In this document: positions 1 to 14,757 of the stretch, piece by piece
Layout: each line of letters begins with the position of its first letter
Position numbering within the stretch: position 1 is the first letter of the stretch
Source: Yuukianura sp. NJ FZ-2021
Lineage: Eukaryota
DNA length: 64,000 nucleotides
Reading direction: 5' to 3'
NCBI GenBank assembly: GCA_046563655.1
Contig: CM102283.1
Coordinates: 7,068,001 to 7,132,000 of the forward strand
Made by a program: the position numbers and the translations under genes
The notes under the pieces: generated by a model
The model's input: only the letters and a program-made list of their open reading frames with translations
The model's database searches: none
What the model was told of the DNA's origin: nothing

Positions 1-3000
1 TGATTCATAATTGTTTGACTAAGGTGTTCACATAGTTTTGGGTTAAATGAGTAAATATGTTATGTACATAAACGAAAAAGCGTAGTCAAAGAAGTTTTTG
101 TTGTATTTTTGAAATGTGAATTGAAAAGTCTATGGTTATTCTGTGCGTAGGTTGCGGAGGTTAGGCTAGGATGGAGATTTTTTTTGAGATCTTGGATTAA
201 GATGGAGTAGGGATGAATGACTGAAATTGGAATTTGGATGCACTTCTTGATTTGGAAGTGGATGAGGAGTGAGGGCGTGACCCCTGTTGTTAGTGTTTGA
301 CATGTTAGGGAGCTTGGAAGAACAAGAAGGTGGTTTCTATTGTTTGGTTGATTACTGAATACTGAATGCTGAACTCCTGCAAGTTTTATGATCTGGACAC
401 TAAAAGTGTGTTTTGTGTCCCCTCTGGAATTTTTTGTTCGATCTTTGGTCCAGGGGAGATGAAGGGAGGAGAGAAAGTGGATGTATTGACAATGGGGAAA
501 GGTACATGGAAGCACAAATTGTTGTTGGGCGAGGTTATGACTCATCCTGGTTTTGGAGAAAAAATATTGAAGTTCTAGGAATGATCAAGTTTCGTTTTTC
601 TTTTCAAAAGAGGTTAAGAAGTGGTATTAAATGAAAAGATTAAAAGTAATTTGCACTTTGGACTTTGCGTTTTACGTGGGTTTAGTTTTGTGCGTTGAGG
701 AATTTGGATGTTGCGGTAGCTGAATGCTGTGCTGAGAGTAGAAAAATTTGAGTAGGGGTCAGTTTTTGGGCAATTCGTCATTGAATTTTTATGAATTTTT
801 GAGAGGATGAACCTTAAAAAGTAAAATCTGTAGGATGAATCTTCGTTTTGCAGAATGATGAATGACTGTACTTGGTGAGGGAGGGAGTTGAGGTCAGTGA
901 CAACAAAAAGAAAGCGGCTTTTTAAATTTTGAATTTTAAATTGAAAAATACGCACTCACTAAATTTTAAATTGAAAAATCTGTCAGCTTGAGCTAGGTTT
1001 AGATTTAATGGCGTTGAGACACTGTGTCTCTTTGTTCCTTGATTGTGTTGAACGTTAAGCGAAGATGCTTGTTGTTTAGAAAAATTGCTGAGTCATCTTT
1101 GATGTTCTGATGGCGATGTCCGATGCTTGGACATTGAGCTGACTCCGTCTTTTAGCATTTTTGGCAAGGTTCGTCTCGTATCGCCTTGAAGTTTCACTTT
1201 ATCACTTTGGTCGGAACAAGTTAGGAATCTGCTGTAGGATAATATTTGCAGAGTCATCAATCCTTAGTCGGTTGGCTCCAAATTTGGATTTGGCAATTTG
1301 TTGCCAAGGGTGTGACGTACAGACGAAGATTTTTTTGTAAGAGTGAGCACGGAATATGTTCTTTGACGCCAATAAGCTTACAAGAGACGAAGTAATCTGT
1401 TGAAGATGTTTTAAGTTTTCTGGAAAAGCAAGTATTAGGCAGAAGAAGCTGGTTTTTAAGAAAAGTTGATCTTGATTCATAAACAATCCGGTGATGGATG
1501 ATACTTTTTGCCTTTTACGTAATGTGTATGTGTACCAACGTACTTGACGGTTTTCAGTTTGAAGTGTGGTGGTGATTGGGACATGGTAACTAATGTTCGT
1601 CTTCTGTTCAATGTCAAGGTCAAAGTGAAACCCTGCAGTTCCTCAGTTGCATGTTTTCAGATTTATTTTCACTGGCGAAAATATCTCAAGAGCTAAGCGC
1701 AGTGCGAACAAGCACATGTTTCAATGGTTGTTTTGTAAAGTGGAGTTTTTTGTTTGTTTCGAATGATTTCTTCCCCTTCGAATGATTTTTAGTTTATTTT
1801 AGTTGTTTCAAGGTAAACTTAATTTAAAGAGGCTAACCTTGGTTTTTAACTATGATCTGGTTATTTCTGGAAATGGTCCAGAGAAACATTATATTTGTCA
1901 TTTGTCTGTACGTCGTAATGATGAATTGACAAATTTTAGAAGTTTGAAGTCTATTATTAGTGACGCTTAGGCCGAGTGATTACTTTTGACAATTGATTGT
2001 CAAAAAATAAGGTGTGAAAGTTTGTGTGCGAAGTTCGACTTTTTTGCCATTTTGAGCAAACTGGTTACAGGTCATGGCGGCGACTTGCGCAAAGTTTTTT
2101 GGCGTTTTTCTTCGTTTCCTGTAATGTTTTGTTTTATGAAATTCCGACGTAGGGCTGTTCATGTCACTCAAAAAATTAAAATTAAATACCTAACATGGTT
2201 TTGGCTGGCGAATTTTTGCAAATTTTTGATGTTTTTTTTTGTTTAGGGTTGTGGGTTTAGATTTTGCAAAAGTTGACAAGTTTTTGTGCTTGTAAAAAAA
2301 ATGCTTCGAGTATTTTCAAATACAGTTATATTTTTATATAAAGTTAAACGTTTACAGAAATGGAACGAGTTGTTTCCTTTTTAAAATGGAAATGGCGTTC
2401 GAACTTGGAAACTTGGAACAAAGGGTAATGAAATTCATGCAAACTTTCATTGTAAAAGTATGACCTGCAATTGGAATTACAATGCTTTGCACGGAATTGG
2501 ATTCATCTAAGTAGTTAGTTAGGAAGCGACTCATACAATTACAATTGTAAGATGAGTTAGTAGTTGTCACTAAACTTGTGACTGCTGACTACTTTCGAAT
2601 AGGCGACAAGGAATTTAGTTTAATTGATTAATGATATCTGTGAAAAGAATTAAAGGTGGGGATTTGAATGTCATGCCCTTGACAATGGGTTGGGTATAAA
2701 ATTATTGAAAACGTGATTCTCATGTCAAGTTTAACAGAGGGAACTTTGCAGTTTTAGGGAGAAGTTTGTGTGAACCTGGCTTAGCATGTTTCTATCCCGT
2801 AAAAGCTTAACCCACTTTTTAACAGTTTGGAATTGCAATTAATGTTCGTTGTGGGAGGTGGCTTTGCACAATGAAACAGGACATCACAGGTTCTTAATTG
2901 TTTCTGACGATGATCATCATCAAGAGTTGAACATGCGTAACGATTAACCGATTTTTTGAAATTTTTGTAACGAATTTTTGGGAGTTGTGGTTTTAGGCTT

Positions 3001-3805
3001 GTTGGATTTTTCGCAAGGTTGACTTTTTGTTGCCTGATTTTTGAATTTTGAGCAGAAAGTTTTAACTGTTTCGTTTTTCCGAAATTTGATGTGCGGTTTA
3101 GTGACACGAAATTTTGGTGGCACAGGTACACGGTTGCCAATGTTAGAGTTCAAGGTAAAAAATTTCCGATGACCTTAACGTTGCATAAGAAGCAAAACAA
3201 TGTACATGTTATTTCGTTTTGTTTGGCGGTCATGCTTTCTCACGTGTTTTACACAATTCGGCATCATCATCACAATCCATTCTCAGTACAAAGTTAAGTT
3301 TGCCAGTAGTCTTTTGAAGTTGTTCACTGCACCGGTCATTCGAGTTTTTCAGTTTTCCAATGATGATGATGACTAACTGTACTTTTTCCAATTTTTGCTA
3401 TGAACGAATTTTGAGATGGTGTCCAACCACTTTATGAAAGTTCCTGATGTTGCTTGGATTTGTACAATCTGGTTCTTGTTCACAAGCCTTTTGTCATTGT
3501 AAGTTCTGCTTCGCTTCCATTTCGGAAGTTTGGGAAATTAGCAGGACAGAGATTTCGGTGTTTTGGAATCTTTTGTAACTTTGGCGAAAAAAAGAATTGA
3601 AAGATTTAAGAATAGAGAAAAGTGTAAAATTAGTTCCGGTCCCCTGATTTCATGCGTAATTTCATTTCCTTGTAGTGTCAAATGCCGTTAAAAACGTAAA
3701 ACATAATTGACAGAACAGCACCAACGACGAGAAAGGGGAAGAGGATTTTGAAGTTATGATTTTCCTTGTTTCAGTTCTGAATTTTTTGAATAGTAGTACT
3801 GTATA

Positions 3806-3905
3806 CAGTGTTGTTCACGAAAAACTAGACACCAACTAACTCAAAAGTTTGTTGATTTTGAATATTATGGGGGGTGATGAGTACCAAATTCAAAGAACAG
3901 CCCTG
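3806..3905. mobile_element. Small Tc1/mariner-like MITE remnant (100 bp)
   Basis: Left end CAGTGTTGTTC vs reverse complement of right end CAGGGCTGTTC (9/11); TA on both flanks (3804-3805, 3906-3907). Confidence 0.5.
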
Positions 3906-6126
3906 TAGAAGTTGAGAGTTTAATTAAATGCACGGCACGGCGGGAATCAGGAATGCATGTAATGGCTCCTGGGTAGAAGTTTCCGTATTTTATTTTAATT
4001 TGTATGTTGTTAATAGCAAGGTTGCGAAAATTTGCAACTTAAGCTTCTTTCGGATATTTTTTGTTGGGATAAAATTCCTGAGGATTTGACCTATTTTTGT
4101 TTTTGAGAATTGTTGAGTTTTTGGCCTTGGTTTTGAGTGAAAAAGGAAAAAAAACTGGTGAAATGTGGAGCAAAGAAGATGTTTGAGGAGGCGGAAGATG
4201 ATAATGAATAATTATTAAATTCAGAATTAAAATATGGGCTAATATTCTTTCCATGCATGGAGATGCGGTAATGGTTTTTTTACAGGTAGGAAAAAATGAA
4301 TTATTGAACAAGATGGAGATTTGCGGTGAATTTAAATTGATTTTGAGTAAAGTTTGTGTGAATGGATTGGTGCTGCAGGGACTTTGATCGTGATTGATAG
4401 ACAGTAATTTCAGCCTACAGACAATTTTTTGCACCGTGAAATTTGAAGGATCCTCTTCATCTCTTTTGATTACCTATTTCGTATTTTGATTTGATGCAAT
4501 TTGACTTTGAATTTTTGAATGCGCCAAAAGTTTTGCTCTGTACAAGCACCAATGACCATGACCAAATGGGATTTTTGCGGATGTTGTGTCAAATTTTTTA
4601 TTTGAAACAATCAACTTCTCGGGAAATACGATTGGTCGAGCGGAATTAAAATGTTAACTCGAATAACTTTTTTTTTTCTCATTTAGTTTTTCGGAAAATG
4701 CTTCTCGGTTGTGTTAGTTTAAGTTTGGATTTGGCTTTTTTTAACAAAGGAGATGCCAAGACGGAAGAAAAGTTTGAATTTGAAAAGAGACATGTAGACG
4801 ATGTGAAAGAAAGAAAAGATAAAAGGGCGTTAAACTTTTACTTTTTGTTTTTGGAGGCAAAGTTTTGTAGTTTGTGGGTATTTTTTTCTTGACTTGTTAC
4901 TTCAGAGAATGAAAAATCTTCCGGCTTGAGGCTTTTTGTTCCAGCCAAGTCAAATGAGTCAGAAAAATATCTTAACTTTTGTTTTCGGGGAAATGAAATC
5001 AAAAGTAAGTTTTCCAGAAGTACCGAAAGTTTTTACGAGGAAAATAGATACAAGTTTTGAGAAAACAATTATGGGGAGAAAAATGTTGCAATGTGTGTAT
5101 GGCTAATTTCACTTAATACTTGGTAAGAAGTCGTTTGCTCCTGGTTGAAAATTGAAGTGTTGTAAGAGTAAAGAACGTCATTTGAATTTTAAATTTTCAA
5201 AATGTTAACTTTGAATTTGAAAGTGGTAGAATTTCTGGTGAAGAAGTCGTGGTGCGCGTGGCATGTGTTATGGTCTCTTGAAGATTTACGTTCTATTTCT
5301 ATGCATTTCAATGCAATCTTGCAAATCTCCTTCCGCTTAGGTTTGAATGCTAAACTACAAGAATAAGGTTAAGATTTAGTGGCTAGACTAAAGTTACAAG
5401 CATAAAATCACGTGCTTGTGGGAAGTGTTTTATGTTACGCACTTCTGGGTATTTTTCATTTTTACTCTATAGATGATTTTTGTTTGTGAACTTAATGTTT
5501 GACACCCTAATGTTATGTATTTGGAGCAGAGCGAGTGTTGCGTTTTGCCATTTTTGGTTCCTTATGTTCTACATAGTCTATGTTTATGTGCCTTTTGTTT
5601 TGTGTAAGTTGAGACGTTTGTTACATTTAACCAAAATTGACAATTTGAGTGTCGCGTTTTGAACAGCCTGGGAGTCACAGGAGTCAGCAAAGTGACGAAA
5701 TTAAGATTAATGTGGGCGTATGGCTTTGATTTTTGTTTTCTTTGTTCTGGTTCTGGTGTCATAAACTTTTGTTATGAAATTACAATTGTAACATAATTCT
5801 ATTTACGAAGGCTGTTTTTGGCAAGATATGTAAATTTAGTTTTTTGAAGATGCTGTGCTGATGCATGAGTTATATGAGTTCGTTGTACGTGTTTTCTGTG
5901 AAAACTCGGAGGTCATTACCAAAGTGAGTCATGGCTCACTGCGTTTGCTCAATGCTCAGTCATGGGATACCAAAATGATGAGAGTTCGACTTGTTAAGCG
6001 TTGAGTCGTCAATTTTAGGCTAACTGAAACAAGTGATTTTGATTGTTGACAAATGCTAACGTGATGAAATTTGTAATTTTTGAAGTCTAAGTTCTAAAAT
6101 TGGCTCTTTTGTTTTTGTTTTTGCAG

Positions 6127-9100
6127 GACCAGTATGAGAATGTGTCTCAACATACACAGAAGGGGATTGAGTTCCTGGAAAGATATGGACATTTCCTGAG
6201 AGACAGAGCGGCCATTGAAACGGAGTATGCAGGGAAACTGAGGTACTAAAAAGATGACAAAATTTTAAAATTTTGTGATTTTAAAAAGTGATTTAAATGG
6301 ATGTTGATGTTTTTTGAGTTTTTGTGAGATGAAGAATTGCTTGCGGCGGCGGCATGGCATAAACGACAGGTTGGAATGGACTTGAAGGACGAGTAAAGTA
6401 GAGTACTTGCAGCAGGAAATGGAAGATGAATGAGAGTATTGAAAGTGGATCTTCAGTGAAACAAAACAAGTGGAAGAGGGAACATTTGAATGCATCTTCA
6501 TCACTTTGTTCCTCTATGTACAGTGTGTAGAAATGTAACATGGAGATACATTTGTGAGGAAGATGACAAGAATTGGACAGGGATGATGGTAGTGGTGACA
6601 AGAGGAAGAGCCTCTTCCTGTTCCCCTTCAAAAACGAAGTGGTTTCACACGTGTAATGCAGATACTCCACTTAAAATGGTTCAAAAAGTGCTTAAAGTAT
6701 TGAATTTTCACTTGTACTGCATCTCTGCGTCCTGCCGAGTACTCTACTGCTACTTGTTCTTCTGTCTCGTCCATTCTGACTATGAGCAACATGCAACCAC
6801 CGTAGTTTCATTCAGAAAAATCAAAAAACATGACTAGATTATGTTTAAACGATGGCGGATTGTTGTTGAGTTTTTGAAAACTGAAGTTTTGTTTTGTGTT
6901 TTAGGAAATTGGTGAAGACGTATCTGCCGAAGAAGAAGGAAGAAGAAGATTTTCAGTATGTTTTTGCAAATGTCGAAAGTTTTTGTGTAAATCGCTTCGC
7001 TTGTTGCTTCTTGGCTGGAACCTCAAACTGAAACATGATGATGCTGGCTAATTTGTAGAACGTTTATCTAAAACTTTTTTTAGCAGTCACAGTTCACTTG
7101 CTAAACGGATCTTCACAACGAAGCATCTCAGTTGTTTTGAATTGTCGGCAAGATTGGAATATTCTTGTATCTTGTTCCTTGTTGCTCATAATGTTGGTCA
7201 CGTCACGTAACATGTGAATATGGAAAGATCTTATGCGAAATTGTTTTAGTATTCAAAAGAGTTGAGGCTATGGGTGTGTTCTGAAGCAATGATTATTGGC
7301 TGGCATGATCTTGTATGAGACTTCAAGACACTCTCGTGAACAGTAACGGACTTTGAGCTTGAAGATTGTGAAGCTTATGGTGCTTATGCTTAGTAATTGA
7401 TCGTCGATGGGCTACAGAATGAAGGATGAAACAAACACCCACTTTAAGTTGCTGTTCTATTATGGTGTCCAAATCTTTTGTTGTGGATGTTGACATTTTG
7501 GGCGGTGTAATCACTGGGCGGAGACGTTTGAAGACTAACGGCGGTAGATGTGCTAATGCTCAACGTTTCAATTAAATTGTTTAAAAGTTGCAAGAATTAT
7601 AAACAAAAGGGAAATATTGCATATGCTTTTTATGCTTTTAGCTGAATGAGTTGAAATTTTGAAGTTATGAATGCAATTTTTGACAACGGTGTTTGCCTTT
7701 GCCGCCTAACTATAAACAAAATGTCTTTTTCGAAGATTGGATTATTTATGTAATCCCGTTGTGTTTATTGCGTTTGTTTTACAGATTTACTACATGCAAG
7801 GCTTTCAAGGAAATGCTCAATGAATTGAACGACTTGGCGGGTAAGAAAAAAAGATGAAATACGTTTTCTGTTGTTTCCGCCTTGTTTTATCACTTTTTAC
7901 GATTAATGGATGTGGTTTGCCGTAAACTTGTGGCGAAAATTTTTTGTTTGAAATTATATTTTTAAAGTTGACATTTCTTGTTTTGCAGGTCAGCACGAAG
8001 TTGTAGCAGAGTCCCTCGTATCCAATGTAATTAAAGACATCAATATTAAAGTTCGTGAATTCAAAGATGAGAAAAAGAAGCATTTGGCAGACGGAGCTCG
8101 TCACCAAGCTAATTTGACAAATCAGTTGGCAAATCTTGATCGTTCCAAAAAGAATTACGAAAAGGCGTTTCGGGAGTCTGAAAAAGCTTATGAAGCGTTT
8201 CAAAGAGCCGACGCTGATTTTAATCTCTCCAGAGCAGAAGTTGAGAAAACAAGGCTTCAGTCGTTGTACAAATCTCAACAGTGCGATGATAGCAAAAAGG
8301 AATATGCCAATCAGGTAACAGACACTGTAAAATTTGGCGTGAAAATACAAATGCTAATGAAGTTTGGTTTTGCAGTTGGACAAAGCGAACGAGTTACAAA
8401 ATGGTTACTACAAGACTCTCATGCCTTCCGTATTTCAAGGCCTACAAGACATGGATGAAAAACGAACGAAATACTTTAGAAACTACCTTATTCAGGCGAC
8501 GGAAGCCGAGAAAAACGTTTACCCCATTTTGACTACTTGTTTAGATGGGATTTTGAGAGCTGCTTCAGAAATCAATGAACCCCTTGTAAGTTTTTGATTG
8601 ATTTTTGCAAGAATTTGCAGTTTTTAGTAATGATGCTTTTGGTTCTGTTTTGAAATCACTTTTTTTTTTGGTTTTTAGGACTGTCAACAGGTGATTGAAA
8701 GATTCAAATCTGGATTTCAACCGCCAGAGGATATCCCATTTGAAGATCTAACTGCCATCAAGTCTGGAGAAGCTCCACCGCCTCAAACGAACGGGCATGC
8801 GAACATGATAGTGAGGGCAGACACGCATGTCCTCACTTACAAAGGAACAATTTCTTCTGGAAAGTTGAAAAAACGAGCCGGGATTTTTGGAATTTTCGGA
8901 ACCAACAAGGTATCAAGTGCATTCTAACTTCCAGGGCCCCGCCCTTGTCCTGGCGCCTGCAAGTAATAAAATGTTTGGTTTGTTTTTGTAGCCGAGTGGA
9001 ACAGAAGGGCGTGACGACTACAGCGAACTTCCTCCGAATCAGCGACGAAAGAAATTGCAACAGAAGATAGACGAGTACTCTTCAAAAATTCAAACTGAAA

Positions 9101-10254
9101 ATGCGGCAAAGTGAGTTTAAATGGCTGACCTCATGAAATATAATCTTGTAATGTTTATATTTTTGTTGGTTTTTAGAGACGGGTTAGTGAAAATGCAGTC
9201 CGTTTACCAACAAAGTCCACAGTTGGGTGATCCAGCGGCCATTGAAGGACAACTGCGAGAGAGTCTAGGGAAACTGCAGAAGTTCCAACAAGAGTTACAA
9301 AAGTATCAAACTTATTTAGCGGAAATGGATCTTCCGCCTCAGCAACAGTCCAACTACCTCGCACACAATAATCACAACGGCATACGAAATTCTACTCATC
9401 GGAGTAGCGGATCTGACGAGTCTCTGAGTCGATCAGCCTCTGACCTTAGCCAGAACAACCAAAAAGCTTCAGCACCATCGACACCTCTTCCTTCACATGG
9501 GTATGTGTGACTTGCGAAAAAAAAGTTTGTGGTTTTGCTAACCTAATGAAATTGTAGTTCATTTAATCAGTGTTAACTTTTACTCTAGGTCATCGAATAG
9601 CCCAGAGTCAGGCATTAGCACTTCTCACACCAGCCTCCCAGACTCAGACTTTGAGCACATTGATGCTGACCATGCAGACTTTTATGATCAGGTAACATGA
9701 TTACTTACAAATTGTAACTTACAATGCTAACTCGTTACTCGTAAACATGTAGGTCAACTTTCATGTTCTAGTTCTGGAATTAGATGTAAATCTTTCACTA
9801 CTAAAGATAAATGTTTATTGGGTCTTAGCTGATTTGCAGTAAATTGGAAAGAGTATTAACCTAGATTGGACTAAACAATTACCGAGCTGTTAGCAAATTG
9901 GCGATTGACCTTGTAGTCATGTTTGTGCTGATGGTGACGTGATTTGTTTTTGCGCAGGATCCACTTCCAGTACTGGGTACCTGTGAAGCCTTGTATCCGT
10001 TTGATGGTAAGCTTTGTCTCATAATTTTTTTTTTGAAGACGGAAATGTCGAACGACTGTTGTATGTTCTAACGGTTACTTTGAATTATTCTAGCGACATC
10101 GGAAGGAAGCATCCCAATGGCAGACGGAGAACAGTTGTATGTGGTAGAACTGGACCAAGGCGACGGTTGGACTCGTGTACGACGCCAGAATTCGTTGGAG
10201 GAAGGTTTCGTTCCAACATCGTACATTCGTATTAACCTCTACTCCAACTGCTGA
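6127..10254 (+). CDS. Cip4: Formin-binding protein 1-like / Cip4 / Toca-1 (F-BAR, HR1, SH3), 5' partial; first coding exon not found in the window
   Basis: GT-AG exons ~6127-6242 ([39 protein letters not shown]), 6905-6955, 7785-7840, 7989-8313, 8376-8585, 8679-8908 ([16 protein letters not shown]), 8991-9110 ([21 protein letters not shown]1), 9178-9500, 9589-9690, 9958-10005, 10093-10254 (SH3: [13 protein letters not shown]...[13 protein letters not shown] 10252-10254). Confidence 0.93.
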
Positions 10255-13200
10255 AATACCGTCTTACTACCATATTTTAGAAGTTAGTTACAGATACGCA
10301 GTAGAGCAGAAAACGTTTAGAATTTTGGCTTCTTTGTCTTGGGCTTGTTACAAGCAGCCAGCCTTGGAAGAATGCTTTTAAAGTTACAAGCATCTCTTCC
10401 TTTTGCTCAAACGATTCCCGACGGAACAATACACGGATCCTTACCCAATGCTGTGTCTTGGGACTACACTTTTAGACTAAAACTTTTTACTCTAGAATGC
10501 TGTTTTAGACGGAGAAAGTTACGAACGTAGTTTAGAAGATGAAGGGCCCTCTTTTTCAAGTACTCAAATCTCAGAACACTTCACTGCACCTTAAACAATC
10601 AGTGTAATAATAATACCGATGGTTTGCCTTTGTGATGTTCACTCCCGTCTTTGTGCGAATGTGCAAAAAGTTCCAGTATTGTAAAAAACGCAAACCGTAA
10701 CAATACTCGTGAAAACCGAAACCATTTATATCAAAGAGTTCCTCTACTTAATTCGTCTGTACTAAGCTAAATATGCGCATGTTACGCCGAGTTTTTTTAA
10801 ATTTACTGTCGAAAAGTAATTAGCGTCAAAGGTTAAGAGAACCTGCAGTGCTTCAGTAAGTAATTTTTTGTTTTTGCAAACTAGACTTTTTAAGTATTAG
10901 AATGTAAAATTTTAGAAGAGTGAGACTGGAACTGGAACAAGGAAAACAGAAGGAAGAAGAAGTTTTGTAATTTCTGACTGAATTTTTAGTTTTTAGGAAA
11001 CACGTTTTTAATGAAATGAAAAAGTGGAGTTGGTCGCTTCAAAATTTGGAAATTGAAGGACCAAAAACGTCTCGTGTCTTAGGTTAGTTTTTAAGTTAAG
11101 AAACTGGAATTTATTTTACAATTAATTTAAATCCTCTGGATTTTACCTTTTACCGTAACTTGTAATGCTGTAATGTATACGTTAGGTGGTTAAGTGCTTA
11201 ACTCTCCAATTGTAAGGCCTATACAAAGTTAATGATAAAAATTTTAAGCTTAGAAAATTTAGAATTCACGAGTTTACTACAATAATTGGCAAGATTTTGT
11301 TCTTTTCAAACGCCCGCCATTTTGAAATGTCCGTCATTTTTTTTAGAGTTTGTAAATGGGCGAATGAAAGGGAAGCAATCTTGTTGATTGTACAGTTTAC
11401 ACTTTTGGATGCAATGTTTTTTTTTTAGCTGGAGGGAATTTTGTAGTGTAAATTTTAGGAGAGAAAGCATCTTCTTCTTCTTCTTCATTGAGTACTCTGT
11501 ACGTGTGTTTACGTAAAAGGAAGGTTTATTAGTAAAAGGAGAAGGGAAGGAAACGGAATTTTGAAATTAAACTTTCTATATCTACTGAGAAACTCATCTG
11601 AAGCGATGCTCAAAGTCAAAGAGAAACGGATGTTGCTGGAGACTGGAGATTTCGGTTTATTTTTAGCTGCATGACGATGGACGCTAGAAGGAAAGTGAAT
11701 TTAGTTTCTAAGAAACCGCGCAAAGAGGAACAAGGATGATGGATTGATTTTTGAAGTTATGACGGAAACTGTAGAAGTTACTAAACTTAAATTGGAGTGT
11801 GTACTAACATAGTGTATTAAATTGTATAGTAAGGTCCTTACTATAGTAAGGAAGTTGTAGTAAGTTATAGGTAAGACGAACGCTTGGAGTATACTGCCGA
11901 GTAGGAAAAAGGAATTGGAGGATAAGGGCGGAAATACTGCGGATATTTGATTTTGAGATTTTGTTGTTTCCGGTTGAGTTATCGGAGACAGATGCTTTCT
12001 CTCTCTTTGTTCGCTTTTCACCAGCATAACAGCATATGTTGTTGGAAGTAGTGTGGGAATGTTGTGAGGAAAACGGAATACGGTGGTTGTGGGAAAGTGA
12101 GTTGTAGGGTTTTGTGATGGTTCTTTAAAAGGAAATATGGCTGAGCTAAGCCACATTTTCATATTTCCATGCCAAGGTATTCACTATTTTGAAGATGTAT
12201 TCCACGTTTTGAAGTGGATTCCGGAGGTTTTGGAGAAGTGGATGATCACTTACTACCGAAGTACTGTGTGACTAGTAGAAGTTTTAGTCGTTTTCTGTCA
12301 TATTTTTGGCATGTCGTGATTTGATTCTTGGTGGAGCAGAAATGGAGATGTTGGGGGAGGACATGCCGTGGTTTGTGGCAAACACTTTGGAAATTATTTA
12401 CTGAGGTGAAAGAATTTCTGGATGAAGACTTTCTCTTGTTTTCCGAGGCGGAAAAGGGGGTGTGTATTACATGCTACAGTGTTATGGTGGTTGCACGCTT
12501 TAATGGAGGCAACTTTTCCGTGGACAGTGCAAAAAAAAAGGCAAAATTTTGAGGAAAAACGGAGTGAAATAAATAATTAAGCGTTTTACTAAAAAAGAAA
12601 GTAAAATAAGTTTCGCAATGGAAGAGAAAATTTATGTAATTGAAAATGAAGTTTCGAATTTGGTTGAAAACTGAACAGAAATTTTGGAATTAGCTTTGTA
12701 GCTGTAACGTTTTTTTTTTCAATTGAATTAGAAATAATTCAATTTGAAATTCGGCTCCAATTTCTATACGAAATAAAGTGTGGTCATGACAGAGAAAACT
12801 TTTACCTCATGTAAGATGCTCTCGCACTTGTGTCAGTTTTCTTTTAGTGGAAAATTTTGACAAAAAAATGCTTTTGAGAATTTTTTTTTATAACTTTGTG
12901 ACATTTTAAACCAACATTTTGCACAGACATGGTTTCCATGTTTCAAAAATTGTGTGAAGTGTTTTATTTCAAATATAGACTTGGACACTGGTGAAAGTGG
13001 ATCCACTTTTGAGTTGGTGGACTCGTAAAGTAACCACTTTAACATTTCCGTCCGTTCTGACGCCATTATTTTTTGAAACCGTGATATTACCGTGTTTCAG
13101 AACTTTGGATTTTGAACTTTCCCTTGTGTTTTTTATTTTTCAAAATAAATTTTACAAAGTTTGGACTTGTAAATGTAAGCTCAAAAAGCTAGTAACGACC

Positions 13201-14757
13201 TCATTACCAACTTTTCTAAACCGAATAATCCGGTTTGCTCGCATGACTTACGTTTGTGCTAGTACTCTCAATTGCAGAGATCTTTGCTCGCTAATACTAA
13301 TAGCACACTGATCCTACACCCACGTGATTATTATGTAAAATATGAATCAATACATCAAAAGGACAAATGGACCAAATTTCAATTCCGTCAAAAATATGAT
13401 CAAAACGACTCCTTTTTATTACAAAAAAGTCAAAAACAACTTTTGTGTGACTCTTTCAGCCGAAATTTGCAGCAGATTTGCCAAATGTCACCAAATAAAA
13501 AAAAGGAGAATGAATGAAAGAAAAGAGAGCTGCGGGGGGTACAAAGGGGTTGCAAAATGTTAAAAACCGGGAAAACAAATTTGAGAATTCCAGAATTTGC
13601 AAATTTTGGAGCTCTTAGTTTACCTGTTTGGTAGTTTCTTTTTCTCAGAAACTTTCTGAAAGTGTCAAAAATAATAAACTTTTAGTAAATTATGACACCT
13701 TGGAGGGCTTTGTAGTCTACACTAAGGCTCTTCCGGAAGAGTGATCGTGTCATTCATGAAGAGAATGTCTTTTTTCTATGACTCTCTTAGGAACAATCAA
13801 CTGGAAGACTTTTGACGCTCTAAGTACCAGACAGACAAGGAAGAAAAAAGCGCGCCGTTTTTTAAATTTGAGTCTTTTTTAAACGTTCTAATGAGTCCAA
13901 TTAATTCAAAGTCACAACTTCCCTCCTGAGGAATTCATTAAAAAGTGAGACTTTCTCCGCCCTGATATAACAAACGAACTTTGCATGTTAGAGAAAATTT
14001 GAAAATAAGCGACATAAGGGATGCTTAGGCGTTTCTAATGGCCTAACCTTTCTCCACCGCCCACTTCAAAATAAGTGTCATTAGTTTAAGTTAGTCGGGC
14101 CTAGAAAACTTCAAGTTGGTTCTAAAGCAAGGAAGTTTAGTCGTTCCTATTTTTTGACAACTTTTTCAGACAATTTGTTCCAATTTGATCTTTTGCATCT
14201 TGACCTCATTTTTGAAATGAAGCGTTTCCTGGATAAAGTGGGATTTGGATACAAAAAAAAAGTTAACCTGTGCCACCGAAGATTGGTAAGTTTTTGTGGT
14301 GGTCGTAGAGAGCCCGTTTGTGGATTTGGTTGAAGAAGTTAAGTTTTAGTAGTGGGTGGGGCGGTGGGTTTGGTGGTGGGTTTCAGTGGTGGCTGTGTCT
14401 GTGGGTGCTACATAATTGATGAAGAGGTCTCTTCGTTTCTTTCTAGGTCATCCGATTCTACCTGCTTTCTCCATGGAGACTCCAGCAGCAGCTTTGGGCA
14501 GGTGAGATCGATGGAGAGCGAGGGCTGGAGAGCGCAGCCACGAAGAGAATCGTGCTCTGTGCTTCGGCTGAAGCGCTGGCTGGAGAGTCGGAGTCAGTTC
14601 CTGGAGGGCTGGAAGGAGCCTGGAAGAAGGCTGGAGCTACAAAGGGAGAGCGGATGAAAAATGTTGGAGGAAATGGGAACTTTCTCCAAATAGCCACCAC
14701 ACCAACAGGTTGAATCCACAGGTTGCAGAACAGCACAACTTTAGTTTCTGTCACACC

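Noticed and set aside
60-1590. ORFs at 60-545, 366-578 and 1202-1486
   Set aside because: No recognisable domain or convincing splice structure; probably intronic or upstream sequence of the F-BAR gene, though a decayed gene cannot be excluded.
5974-6027. C/D snoRNA candidate (ATGATGA...CTGA)
   Set aside because: Only ~54 nt, no terminal stem and no recognisable rRNA guide.
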